Assembly (NCBI GenBank): GCA_050008535.1
Contig: JBEKML010000001.1
Span: forward strand, 455,050 to 519,049
Source of the DNA: Minisyncoccia bacterium
GTDB taxonomy: Bacteria > Patescibacteriota > Minisyncoccia > UBA6257 > 2-01-FULL-56-20
Direction of reading: 5' to 3'
Length of the DNA: 64,000 nt
Positions 44,512 to 53,220 of this stretch are shown here, piece by piece (within the stretch, counting starts at the first letter, position 1; the number at the start of each line of letters is the position of its first letter). The translations under genes and the position numbers were made by a program. The notes under the pieces were generated by a model that saw nothing but the letters and a program-made list of their open reading frames with translations, was not told the origin of the DNA and did no database searches.

Positions 44512-45801
44512 GTGATCAATTATAAGAAACTGCCGGAAACACCCGGCGTGTATTTGATGAAGGACGCCGCCGGCCGCGTGCTCTATGTCGGCAAAGCGGG
44601 TAATTTGCGCCGGCGGGTTTCAAGCTACTTTGAGCGGCCGCATGATGTGCGCATAGAGGCGCTCGTAGTGAAAATAAAAAAAGTTGATTACGAAAAGACC
44701 GATACGGCATTGGAGGCGCTCATCCGCGAGGCGGAATTGATCAAAACGCTCATGCCGCCGTTCAATGTGCGTGAAAAGGACGACAAAAGTTTTTTGTACA
44801 TTGAGATTACGAAAGAAAAGTTCCCGCGCGTGCTTTTGGTGCGCGGGAAGGACGGCGCCGGGCAAGGCAAGCGCTACGGCCCTTTTGTGTCCGCCTCAAG
44901 CGTCCGTGAGGCGCTCAAAATTTTGCGGAAGATCTTTCCATGGAGCATGCACGATCCAGAACGCGTCGGGAAATTCGCGCGACCCTGCTTTGATTGCGAG
45001 ATCGGTCTTTGTCCGGGCACCTGCGTGGGTGCGATCTCACGCGAAGAATATCTAAAAAACATCGGGCGGTTACAGTTCTTTTTGGAAGGGGAAAAGAAAC
45101 GATTGCTTCAATCGCTCACGAAGGAAATGAGTGCTGCTGGCAAAAAACTTGAATTTGAAAAAGCGGAACGCCTGCGCCGGCAGATCTTCGCGCTCCAACA
45201 TATCCGCGACACGGCGCTGATCGCCGATTCCGAAGTGCTTGTGCCCGCAGGGCGGGGTACAAGGAGCTATCGTATTGAGGGCTATGATATTTCAAATACC
45301 TCGGGCACGTCGGCGGTCGGTTCCATGGTGGTGTTTGAAAATGGCGAGCCGGACAAAAATGAATACCGTAAATTTAAGATCCGCAGTGTTTTCAAACCGA
45401 ACGACGTAGGCATGCTCACGGAGATTTTGGAGCGGCGATTCAAGCATTTCTCCGGCGGCCGCGTTCGTGTTGGTCAGATGGGTAATGCGCACAAGGGAAG
45501 CGGGGATGTCGGCGTGCAGAATGGCTGGCGTCTGCCTGACCTCGTTTTGATTGACGGCGGCATCGCGCAGGCGAACGCCGCGCGGCGGGTGCTTTTGCGC
45601 ACGGGTTTGCGGATCCCTATAGTCGGTATCGTGAAAGGTCCCGAGCGCAAGCGGAATGATATTCTCGGCGCCATTCCGAAAGGAGTGCAAAAAGCGACGC
45701 TTGTCCGCGTGCGCGACGAGGCGCACCGGTTCGCCATCGGCTATCATAAGGCCCTTCGCCGCGGCGCTTTTTTGCCGGGCCGGGAATCGCGAAAGGGATA
45801 A
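44512..45801 (+). CDS. uvrC: Excinuclease ABC subunit C, short form (GIY-YIG plus UvrBC-interaction plus endonuclease region; appears to lack the C-terminal (HhH)2 domain)
   Basis: GIY-YIG (GVYLMKDAAGRVLYVGKAGNLRRR), Cys cluster, UVR helix (EKAERLRRQIFALQHI). 429 aa against about 600 for canonical UvrC. Confidence 0.72.
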   Translation: MINYKKLPETPGVYLMKDAAGRVLYVGKAGNLRRRVSSYFERPHDVRIEALVVKIKKVDYEKTDTALEALIREAELIKTLMPPFNVREKDDKSFLYIEITKEKFPRVLLVRGKDGAGQGKRYGPFVSASSVREALKILRKIFPWSMHDPERVGKFARPCFDCEIGLCPGTCVGAISREEYLKNIGRLQFFLEGEKKRLLQSLTKEMSAAGKKLEFEKAERLRRQIFALQHIRDTALIADSEVLVPAGRGTRSYRIEGYDISNTSGTSAVGSMVVFENGEPDKNEYRKFKIRSVFKPNDVGMLTEILERRFKHFSGGRVRVGQMGNAHKGSGDVGVQNGWRLPDLVLIDGGIAQANAARRVLLRTGLRIPIVGIVKGPERKRNDILGAIPKGVQKATLVRVRDEAHRFAIGYHKALRRGAFLPGRESRKG

Positions 45802-45809
45802 TAAGAACC

Positions 45810-46439
45810 ATGAAAGCGCCGAAATATAAAAATCTTTCACAGGTGGCAGGATGGCTCGCGTCCGGCAAGGTTGGCGTGATTCCCACCGACACGCTCTATG
45901 GCATCGTCGGTTCCGCGCTGCGGCGAAAAACCGTAGAGCGCATTTATCGTTTGCGCCGCCGCAATCCCCAAAAGCCAATGATCATTTTGATCGGAGATGC
46001 GCGCGCCATTGCTCGCTTTGGCGTTCAGCTTGACCGCCCAACTGCGGAGGTTTTGAAGAAGATGTGGCCGGGGAAAATAAGTGTTGTCTTGCCGATCGTG
46101 TCCCGTTCCGCCGCGCTCAAAAAATTCAAATATCTCCATTGCGGCGGCCGCTCGCTCGCGTTCCGCCTACCGCGTCCGGCATGGCTCCGCGCATTGCTCC
46201 GAAAAACCGGACCGCTCGTCGCACCAACTGCCAATCTTGAAGGCAAACCGCCCGCAAAAACGATCCGCGCGGCGAAGGAATATTTCGGCGATCGCGTGGA
46301 TTTTTACGTAGACGTCGGCCAGCTTCGGGCGAAGCCCTCCACGCTTTTGGAAATAAAAAACGGGAGGACGACAGTGGTGCGGCAGGGCGCAGTGAAAATC
46401 AAAGTTTCTGCGAGTATAATGAATACACCGTTCCGATGA
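45810..46439 (+). CDS. tsaC: L-threonylcarbamoyladenylate synthase (TsaC/YrdC family)
   Basis: GKVGVIPTDTLYGIV and the YrdC fold length (209 aa). Confidence 0.8.
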   Translation: MKAPKYKNLSQVAGWLASGKVGVIPTDTLYGIVGSALRRKTVERIYRLRRRNPQKPMIILIGDARAIARFGVQLDRPTAEVLKKMWPGKISVVLPIVSRSAALKKFKYLHCGGRSLAFRLPRPAWLRALLRKTGPLVAPTANLEGKPPAKTIRAAKEYFGDRVDFYVDVGQLRAKPSTLLEIKNGRTTVVRQGAVKIKVSASIMNTPFR

Positions 46440-47113
46440 CCAAGCTCTCACGTTCAAAACTGGAACTTTTTATTGATTGCCCGAAATGCTTTTGGCTTGA
46501 TCTGAAGCAGGGGATCAAGCGGCCGCCAAGCATGCCCTTCACGCTCAACAACGCGGTGGACTTTTTGCTGAAGGAAGAATTTGATGTGCATCGCGCGAAG
46601 GGAACGCCGCATCCGGTGATGAAGAAGAACAAAATCGACGCCGTTCCATATCAGCACGAAGATCTCAATAAATGGCGCCACAACTTTACTGGAGTGCAAT
46701 TCGAACACAAGCCGACGGATTTTCTTGTGACCGGCGCGGTGGACGACGTTTGGGTGAACCCGGCGGGCGAGCTCATGGTGGTGGACTACAAGGCGACGGG
46801 TGCGCGCGAGCATAAAATCTACGATTCCTATCGGCGACAGATGGAAGTTTATCAATGGCTCTTGCGGCAGAACAAATTCAATGTTTCCAACGTCGGCTAT
46901 TTCGTGTTCGCGCGCGTGGACAAAGGAAAGGGTTTTGGCGAGGGTGAGGCGGCGCTCGCATTCGATCTTTTCATAGAGCCGCTCGTCGGGGATGATTCGT
47001 GGGTGGAGCAGGCGCTCATGAGCGCGCGGAAAACGCTTGATAAGCCGGAAGCCCCGGATCCCGTCCCTGCCTGCGATTATTGCAACTACCGCCGCGCCGC
47101 GGAACGGTTCTAG
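46436..47113 (+). CDS. Cas4-like PD-(D/E)xK nuclease (DUF83 type) with a four-Cys cluster; stand-alone
   Basis: N-terminal CPKCFW. MVVDYKAT (D-x-K) active-site motif. C-terminal CDYCNY. No cas genes or CRISPR nearby. Confidence 0.65.
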   Translation: MTKLSRSKLELFIDCPKCFWLDLKQGIKRPPSMPFTLNNAVDFLLKEEFDVHRAKGTPHPVMKKNKIDAVPYQHEDLNKWRHNFTGVQFEHKPTDFLVTGAVDDVWVNPAGELMVVDYKATGAREHKIYDSYRRQMEVYQWLLRQNKFNVSNVGYFVFARVDKGKGFGEGEAALAFDLFIEPLVGDDSWVEQALMSARKTLDKPEAPDPVPACDYCNYRRAAERF

Positions 47114-47176
47114 GACGTTTTATCTTGCGGGATTTCCCGTAATTTTGTATAACAAGCGGCAGGGAGAGGTGCCCAT

Positions 47177-47437
47177 ATGTCTATGCGTCGGTTCGAGGTG
47201 GCATTGGCCGCTGCGTTGATTTCCTTGCTGGCTGGAGGGGTCCTCAGTTTCGTTTTGGGGGCACTGAGAACGGCCTTCATTCTCTTTCGCTTCGGCCTGT
47301 TTCCAACCCAGGACGAACTGGCAGCGCCCTTCGCCATCCAGTGGTTCTTGACCGGCATGGCAACGCTCTGGGCTTACTACTCCGCCCGGACAAGCATCTA
47401 CAAAAGGCGGATGCGACGAGCATGGCAGCGGCAATGA
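47177..47437 (+). CDS. Small hypothetical membrane protein
   Basis: Two hydrophobic helices. Basic C-terminus. Confidence 0.35.
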   Translation: MSMRRFEVALAAALISLLAGGVLSFVLGALRTAFILFRFGLFPTQDELAAPFAIQWFLTGMATLWAYYSARTSIYKRRMRRAWQRQ

Positions 47438-47499
47438 CCGGTATCGCGCGGGGGTTGGGTCCGTCCAGCCCTCGCGCATCACTTTATAAATTTTAAATC

Positions 47500-47892
47500 T
47501 TGGCAGTATATAATCTTCTTATGGCTGTGATGCCAAAACCAATCATTCTTTCGTGGACGCATCATGCGCAGGCGAAGATGTATTTTTATAAACTGTCGCC
47601 GGCGCGGGTGCGGCGCGTGTTGAACAGCCCGAAGCGCGTGGAGGAAGGCGTGGCGCCGAAGACGGTCGCGATGATGCAGCCCGCGGCGATCAAGGCGTTT
47701 GCCGGCCGCGCGGGCGCGAAAAAGGAAGAACGCTGGACGCAGGAGATTTGGGTGATGATCCAGGATGCGAAACGGGAACGGAAAGTGATCAGTGCGTGGC
47801 GCTATCCGGGCGTGACGAAACCCCGGAGCGCGGCCGCCGTGGACGCGATGCGCAGGGAATACGACGAATTTTTGTCAAAAGGAGGCAGGTAG
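47500..47892 (+). CDS. Hypothetical protein
   Basis: An ORF of reasonable composition downstream of a TATATAAT element. No recognisable motif. Confidence 0.3.
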   Translation: MAVYNLLMAVMPKPIILSWTHHAQAKMYFYKLSPARVRRVLNSPKRVEEGVAPKTVAMMQPAAIKAFAGRAGAKKEERWTQEIWVMIQDAKRERKVISAWRYPGVTKPRSAAAVDAMRREYDEFLSKGGR

Positions 47893-47909
47893 GGTTGTAT
47901 AATATAGTA

Positions 47910-48362
47910 ATGCTTCTTATAAGTCCTTCGTTTGAAGACAACGGGACGATCCCAAAAAAGTTCACCTGCGAAGGTGGGAACATCAATCCTGAGTTGCGGA
48001 TAGAGAACGTGCCCGCCGGCGCGGAAAGTTTGGCGCTCATCATGCACGATCCCGACGCCCCGATGCCGGGCGGCTTCACGCATTGGGTGGTTTGGAACAT
48101 TGCGCCCGCAACCACGCTTATCAAAGAAGAAAGCATGCCGCCCGGAGCAGCGGAGGGGCGGAACACGCGGAGCGCCGGGTACACCGGCCCCTACCCGCCG
48201 CCGGGCCACGGCGTCCATCATTATGAATTCCATCTTTATGCGCTTGATATGATGCTTGATCTTCCAACTACTTCCGGCAAGGCAAAACTCGAAGCGGCCA
48301 TGCAAGGCCACATTATTGAAGAAACAAAACTTGTGGGCCTGTACGAACGCAGAAAAGCTTAA
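47910..48362 (+). CDS. YbhB/YbcL-family phosphatidylethanolamine-binding protein (PEBP)
   Basis: GTIPKKFTCEGGNINPEL, DPDAPMPGGFTHWVVWNI, YTGPYPPPGHGVHHYEFHLYALD. The start ATG sits directly after a TATAAT (leaderless?). Confidence 0.78.
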   Translation: MLLISPSFEDNGTIPKKFTCEGGNINPELRIENVPAGAESLALIMHDPDAPMPGGFTHWVVWNIAPATTLIKEESMPPGAAEGRNTRSAGYTGPYPPPGHGVHHYEFHLYALDMMLDLPTTSGKAKLEAAMQGHIIEETKLVGLYERRKA

Positions 48363-48399
48363 GTTGCAAAACGATCGTTTTTGTGTTCTCCTGTAATAT

Positions 48400-48984
48400 A
48401 TGGAATCAACTGACAATGATCTTGTGCGATCCGTTCTCAAAGGAGAGAAGGATGCATTTGCGGAGCTTGTGGAGCGCCACACAAGTGTGGTCTACAAATT
48501 CACGTACCGCTACTTGCGGAACGGCGAGGATGCGGAGGATGTGACGCAGGAAGCGTTCGTGCGCGCGTGGAAAAATCTCAAAAAATTCGATCCGTCAAAG
48601 AATTTCAAAACGTGGCTTTTTGCCATTGCAAAGAATGCCGCGCTCGATCTTATTAAAAAGAAAAAACCATTGCTCTTTTCGCAAATTGCCGAAGAAGAGG
48701 ACCAGCTGGACGTTTTCTTCGCGCCTTATCTTGCTGCGCCGGAGCTTCCTGATGCTATTTTTGCGCGCAAGACGACGAAACTTGATATTGAACGTGTACT
48801 TACTACGCTTCCGCCCGGCTATCGGACGGTGCTTGCAATGCGGTATAACGATCAGCTGAAGTTCCGCGAGATCGCGGAGACCCTGGGCGAACCCATTGAT
48901 ACCGTAAAAAGCAAGCACCGCAGAGGGCTTGCGCTGCTTCGGAGGGTCATCGTGGGCGAGCCCCCCGATTCAAGTTTTGTGTAG
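48400..48984 (+). CDS. ECF-subfamily sigma-70 factor
   Basis: Region 2 (EDAEDVTQEAFVRAWKNLKKFD) and region 4 (LPPGYRTVLAMRYNDQLKFREIAETLG). Confidence 0.85.
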   Translation: MESTDNDLVRSVLKGEKDAFAELVERHTSVVYKFTYRYLRNGEDAEDVTQEAFVRAWKNLKKFDPSKNFKTWLFAIAKNAALDLIKKKKPLLFSQIAEEEDQLDVFFAPYLAAPELPDAIFARKTTKLDIERVLTTLPPGYRTVLAMRYNDQLKFREIAETLGEPIDTVKSKHRRGLALLRRVIVGEPPDSSFV

Positions 48985-49025
48985 AATTCATTGCCTGTGG
49001 GAGGTATTTGTGGTAAGATAAAGTC

Positions 49026-51797
49026 ATGAAAAAACTAACCATGGCGATGGTGGCTTGCCTCATCGCGGTTTCTGTTTTGCCGGTCGTGTCGAATGCAGCG
49101 ACGAACGCCGATCTGCAAGCGCAGATCCAGGCGCTTCTCGCGCAAATCCAACAGCTGCAGGCGCAACTGACGGCGCAGGGAGGGACAGGTACGTCGTGGT
49201 GCCATACATTTAACACCAATCTGGGCGTGGGCAGCTCGGGGGACGAGGTGACCGCGCTTCAGACGGCTTTAACGAAAGAAGGAGTCGGTGCCGAGAAAAA
49301 TTGGACGAGCGGCACCTTTGACGAAGTTACCGCTTCGGCAGTAACAGGATTCCAGGAAAAATATCGGAGTGATATTCTCACTCCCGCCGGCCTCGTGAAC
49401 GGCACAGGTTACGTCGGCGCGCGCACCCGCGCGAAACTGAACGCGCTGTACGGGTGCGGCGTAGTCACTCCGCCTCCGGTTGTCTGCCCTACGGTCGCAA
49501 AACTTTGCCCTGACGGCACCTATGTCAGCCCTGTTCCGCCAACCTGCCAATTTCCGGCTTGCCCGGTTTCAACTACAACTTCAACCCCGCCTTACCCCTC
49601 TCAACAGCTTACGATGATTTCGCCTGCCGGAGGAGAGCGTTGGCAAATAGGATCGCAACAGACCATAAGTTGGACGGATTCGGGTCTGAGAGACGGAGAC
49701 ACATACACCTTGTTTCTTACAAATGCGAATGGGGGTGCGTATGGAATTATAGGAAATGCGATTGTTCACCCGATTTACGGCAATCCTAATAGTGGATGGG
49801 TCGTGGGACGTCTTACAAACAACGCAACAGTGCCTCCGGGAGATTACTATATTCAGGTGGTAAAACAATATCAGAGTGCGGGAGGCGTCTATATTCAAAG
49901 CAAGGCGTTCACGATTGTGGCGGCAACCGCCACCCAGCATGGGTCCCTGAATGTTTCGGCGGATCCGATCCAACCTTCGAGCGGCCAGGTGGTGATGGGC
50001 TCAACCGGCGTCGCGCTTGCGGCATTCCGTCTTACTGAAACATCCAATGTTGAATCGCTTAAAGTGACCGATCTTACCGTGACGGATTATACGGCGTCGA
50101 ACAACACCGCTGCCTTTAGTAATCTTACGCTCTCGAGCGGGGGAACGGTGCTGGGCACGGCGGGCGCGCCGACGCGCCTTGCGAACGGCAGCTACGCCTA
50201 TCAGTTCCATTTTCCGACGCCTGTCGTTATCCCACAAAGCAACTCGGTTTCATTTGTGCTAAGAGGAGATGTGGTGCCATGGATTGCTCTTAATCCAAAC
50301 GACAACGGCGTGCATCAATTCGAGATCATCAATTCCTCGGACGTGACAGCGCTCGGAACCGCTTCGAACATTGCGGCCAACGTGAACATCTCAAATGCGA
50401 ACGGCAATGGCGTCGCCGTCTTGCGTAGCACATTGAGTCTGGTCGTCTCTCCTTCCGGAGCAACGTCGAATCGCACGCCTGTGAGCGCCGACGCGCTTGG
50501 CACGATTATGTTAACCGCCAACCCGGCCGGTCCTGTTGCGCTTGGCCGCTTGACCATTACCTTCCAGGGTTCGGGATTATCATCGAACGCCAATGGGTTT
50601 TTGCAGAGCGTCCAGCTGATTGACCAGAACGGAGGAAATATTGGGGTTCCTGTTGGATTCTCGGTCAATGGGACGGCGGCCACGTGGGACCTCAGTAATT
50701 ATCAAATCCCTGCCGGTGTACAATATTATTTCCAGTTGCGGGCAAACAGTACCTTGCTTCAGGGTTCTGCGCCGATCACCTTGTCCGCCGCGATCAAGAG
50801 CCCCGTTGACCTGACCTATGCTGATGCTTTGGATCCGTATGCGACGCGAGGCCTGACGATCCCAGCCGGTTTCCCATTCGTCATCAACTCGGTGAGCTAT
50901 TTGGGCGGGACCCCGCAGGCTATGGGAGTGAGTCCCGCATCGTTGAGTTTTACCGCCTCGTCCAATGCCATCAACAATCCTTCTCCTGCGAGTTCTCAAT
51001 TAATGCTTACCAATTATCCCAACACCGGCGTTACCGTTACAAAGACCTACACCAGCCCCTTGCCGTCCGGAGCCGATTGGCTTTCGATTGGTGCTTTGAC
51101 CGGTTCGGGCACGACCAAGACGATCACCGTTACACCGCAGCCATGGAACGCGCCAGCCGGTCTTAGCCCTGGCACCTACACGGCGTCTATCGCGATCAGC
51201 GCGAATGGCCAGACCATCACGGTGCCGGTGACGCTGACGGTGACGTCGTCGCCGGTTCAGCCGGTTCTCTCGGTCAGTCCGGCGTCGTTAAGCTTTACCG
51301 TCCAGCAGGGCGCGACTTCCGTGCCGTCGCAGTCATTGTCGGTTTCCCTTTCCTCTGGTGCGAGCGATATAAAAACCAGTGTCAGTTACGGATCGGGGAA
51401 TGGCTGGCTAACTGCGAGTGCGACAACGGGAGTTTCCGCCGGTGTCCCGGGGAACGTTGTAGTCACGGTAAATCCAACCGGCTTATCGGCAGGAAATTAT
51501 GCTGCGACAATTTCCGTGAGCGCGTTTGGTGTCGCAATTTCAGTCCCCGTAACGCTTACCGTATCGGCGCAACCAAAGCCAAGCGTAACCCTGAATGGCG
51601 TCCAGGGTTACAACCCGACGACAGGGGCATACACGAATAACACCGCCCTTGCGAGCACCTACCTCGTCCTCTATGGCACTTTTGGTTCCTCGCTGCTCAA
51701 CGCGGTTCCTACCAGAGCGCCACCCAAATCAACGTGTCCCTCGCGGGCATTGCGACAGGCTCCCACACGGTCGCGGTCTCGACCCCCTATGGTATGA
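49026..51797 (+). CDS. Large secreted surface protein (signal peptide, coiled-coil, PG_binding_1 domain, Ig/Big-like beta domains). The reading frame breaks inside a C-terminal tandem repeat.
   Basis: Signal peptide MKKLTMAMVACLIAVSVLPVVSNA. PG-binding GDEVTALQTAL...TASAVTGFQEKY. Repeats at the C-terminus. The last ~30 aa look frame-shifted compared with the second repeat copy. Confidence 0.65.
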   Translation: MKKLTMAMVACLIAVSVLPVVSNAATNADLQAQIQALLAQIQQLQAQLTAQGGTGTSWCHTFNTNLGVGSSGDEVTALQTALTKEGVGAEKNWTSGTFDEVTASAVTGFQEKYRSDILTPAGLVNGTGYVGARTRAKLNALYGCGVVTPPPVVCPTVAKLCPDGTYVSPVPPTCQFPACPVSTTTSTPPYPSQQLTMISPAGGERWQIGSQQTISWTDSGLRDGDTYTLFLTNANGGAYGIIGNAIVHPIYGNPNSGWVVGRLTNNATVPPGDYYIQVVKQYQSAGGVYIQSKAFTIVAATATQHGSLNVSADPIQPSSGQVVMGSTGVALAAFRLTETSNVESLKVTDLTVTDYTASNNTAAFSNLTLSSGGTVLGTAGAPTRLANGSYAYQFHFPTPVVIPQSNSVSFVLRGDVVPWIALNPNDNGVHQFEIINSSDVTALGTASNIAANVNISNANGNGVAVLRSTLSLVVSPSGATSNRTPVSADALGTIMLTANPAGPVALGRLTITFQGSGLSSNANGFLQSVQLIDQNGGNIGVPVGFSVNGTAATWDLSNYQIPAGVQYYFQLRANSTLLQGSAPITLSAAIKSPVDLTYADALDPYATRGLTIPAGFPFVINSVSYLGGTPQAMGVSPASLSFTASSNAINNPSPASSQLMLTNYPNTGVTVTKTYTSPLPSGADWLSIGALTGSGTTKTITVTPQPWNAPAGLSPGTYTASIAISANGQTITVPVTLTVTSSPVQPVLSVSPASLSFTVQQGATSVPSQSLSVSLSSGASDIKTSVSYGSGNGWLTASATTGVSAGVPGNVVVTVNPTGLSAGNYAATISVSAFGVAISVPVTLTVSAQPKPSVTLNGVQGYNPTTGAYTNNTALASTYLVLYGTFGSSLLNAVPTRAPPKSTCPSRALRQAPTRSRSRPPMV

Positions 51798-52231
51798 CCA
51801 ACTCATTACCCTTCACGGTGACGAACGCAGTGACCGCGCCGTCCCCGGTTCTGAACGGCGTCCAGGGCTACAACCCGACAACGGGGGCGTACACGAACAA
51901 CACCGCCCTTGCGAGCACCTACCTCGTTCTTTATGGCACTTTTGGTTCCTCGGGCAACGGGGTTCTGATCGACGGCAGCGCCGTGTCCGCCTCGGCTGTG
52001 ACTTACCAGAGCGCCACCCAGATCAACGTGTCCCTCGCGGGCATTGCGACAGGCTCCCACACGGTCGCGGTCTTAACCACGACCGGCACGACCGGCTCCT
52101 TACCCTTTACGGTGACGGCCTCCGGCGGTGGCGAACCAGATGGCGGACGTTCTCCAATCCATGAAAGGAATTTTGCAGTCCTTAAGCCAGATGCTGCAAT
52201 AAATCCGTTGCTCTTACGGAGCACGAAGTAA
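51734..52231 (+). pseudogene. Out-of-frame continuation of the 49026 surface-protein gene (second repeat copy plus true C-terminus). It indicates a frameshift, pseudogenisation, or an assembly error in the repeat.
   Basis: Frame +2 relative to the main ORF. It encodes ...SLAGIATGSHTVAV... and a second NGVQGYNPTTGAYTNNTALASTYLVLYGTFGSS unit. The first copy has a 17-nt segment where the second has 51 nt, a 34-nt difference. Confidence 0.5.
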
Positions 52232-52302
52232 GCGCTGCCTCAATTTGAGGTGAGTTCCGGCGGCGCGCACCTAAGAAAGCCGCTTGTTCGTATTCATTAC
52301 TA

Positions 52303-52728
52303 ATGGAAGACGGGATATTCAAAGAGATTATTTTGGGAGCAGATGCGGACATGCCTGCGCCGCCTACGGGACTTGCAAAGAAAATTTTGCTCCGCATTGA
52401 GCGGGAAGAGCGCCGGCGATTTTTGACGAGAACCGTGGCGCTCGGCGCGGCCCTTGCGGGTTCCATGGCGCTCGTCGTCTATGGCGGGGTTGCCGTGGCC
52501 GCCGATGCTTCGCGTTCCGGCTTCATTTCCTTTGCGTCGCTTTTCTTTTCGGATTTTTCGGCGACGATCGCGAGCTTTTCGGACTTCATCTTTTCCGTCG
52601 TCGAATCTTTTCCGGTGTTCTCCGCCGCCCTGCTTCTCTCGGGAGTTTTCTTTGCGATATGGTCCGCAGCCGCGTTTGTTGACGAGATGGCCTTGCTGCG
52701 CCGGCATACTTTTCATCTTTCCTCTTGA
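52303..52728 (+). CDS. Hypothetical membrane protein (3 TM)
   Basis: Hydrophobic segments and a Ser/Phe-rich low-complexity region. Confidence 0.4.
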   Translation: MEDGIFKEIILGADADMPAPPTGLAKKILLRIEREERRRFLTRTVALGAALAGSMALVVYGGVAVAADASRSGFISFASLFFSDFSATIASFSDFIFSVVESFPVFSAALLLSGVFFAIWSAAAFVDEMALLRRHTFHLSS

Positions 52729-52738
52729 TTAAAAAATC

Positions 52739-53206
52739 ATGAAAGAACTCTTGCATTCTTCGAAGATCAGGGCGATCCTTTGGATACTGGGAGGCATAAT
52801 CGTATTATTTATTGTGTTCGGCGTTGGTGCCATGGTGGGACATCGACAAGCGGCCTTCCTGGGCCGCTTCGGGGATAATTATTACCGAAATTTTTATGGC
52901 GGCCCTATTGGCCATCCATCCTTCAATATGCACGGGGTGGCAGGCGAAGTGATCGATATTTCCAGTTCGTCGCTGTCGGTAAAAGATTTTGACGGTGACG
53001 AGCATTCGGTTGCCATATTTCCGGATACGGCGATCCGTGAAGACAACCGAATGATCACGATGGGTGACGTGCGGGCCGGCGACATGATTACGGTGATCGG
53101 ATCGCCGAACGGGGCGGGGCAGATCGAGGCAAGGTTCGTTCGTGTATTTGAAGCATCGTCGTCCATGCCGCTTCCGCCGCCCTTTCCCGGCACAAGCTTC
53201 AATTAA
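52739..53206 (+). CDS. Hypothetical membrane-anchored periplasmic protein (paralog-like to 57047..57478)
   Basis: N-terminal TM segment. Beta-rich domain SLSVKDFDGDEHSVAIFPDTAI...DMITVIG...GQIEARFV, organised like the protein at 57047. Confidence 0.45.
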   Translation: MKELLHSSKIRAILWILGGIIVLFIVFGVGAMVGHRQAAFLGRFGDNYYRNFYGGPIGHPSFNMHGVAGEVIDISSSSLSVKDFDGDEHSVAIFPDTAIREDNRMITMGDVRAGDMITVIGSPNGAGQIEARFVRVFEASSSMPLPPPFPGTSFN

Positions 53207-53220
53207 TAAAACAAACTATC

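Noticed and set aside
51595-52164. 189-aa ORF in the third frame across the repeat region
   Set aside because: Alternative-frame artefact of the GC-rich tandem repeat. The frame-2 ORF 51734..52231 reproduces the repeat protein sequence and is the real continuation.
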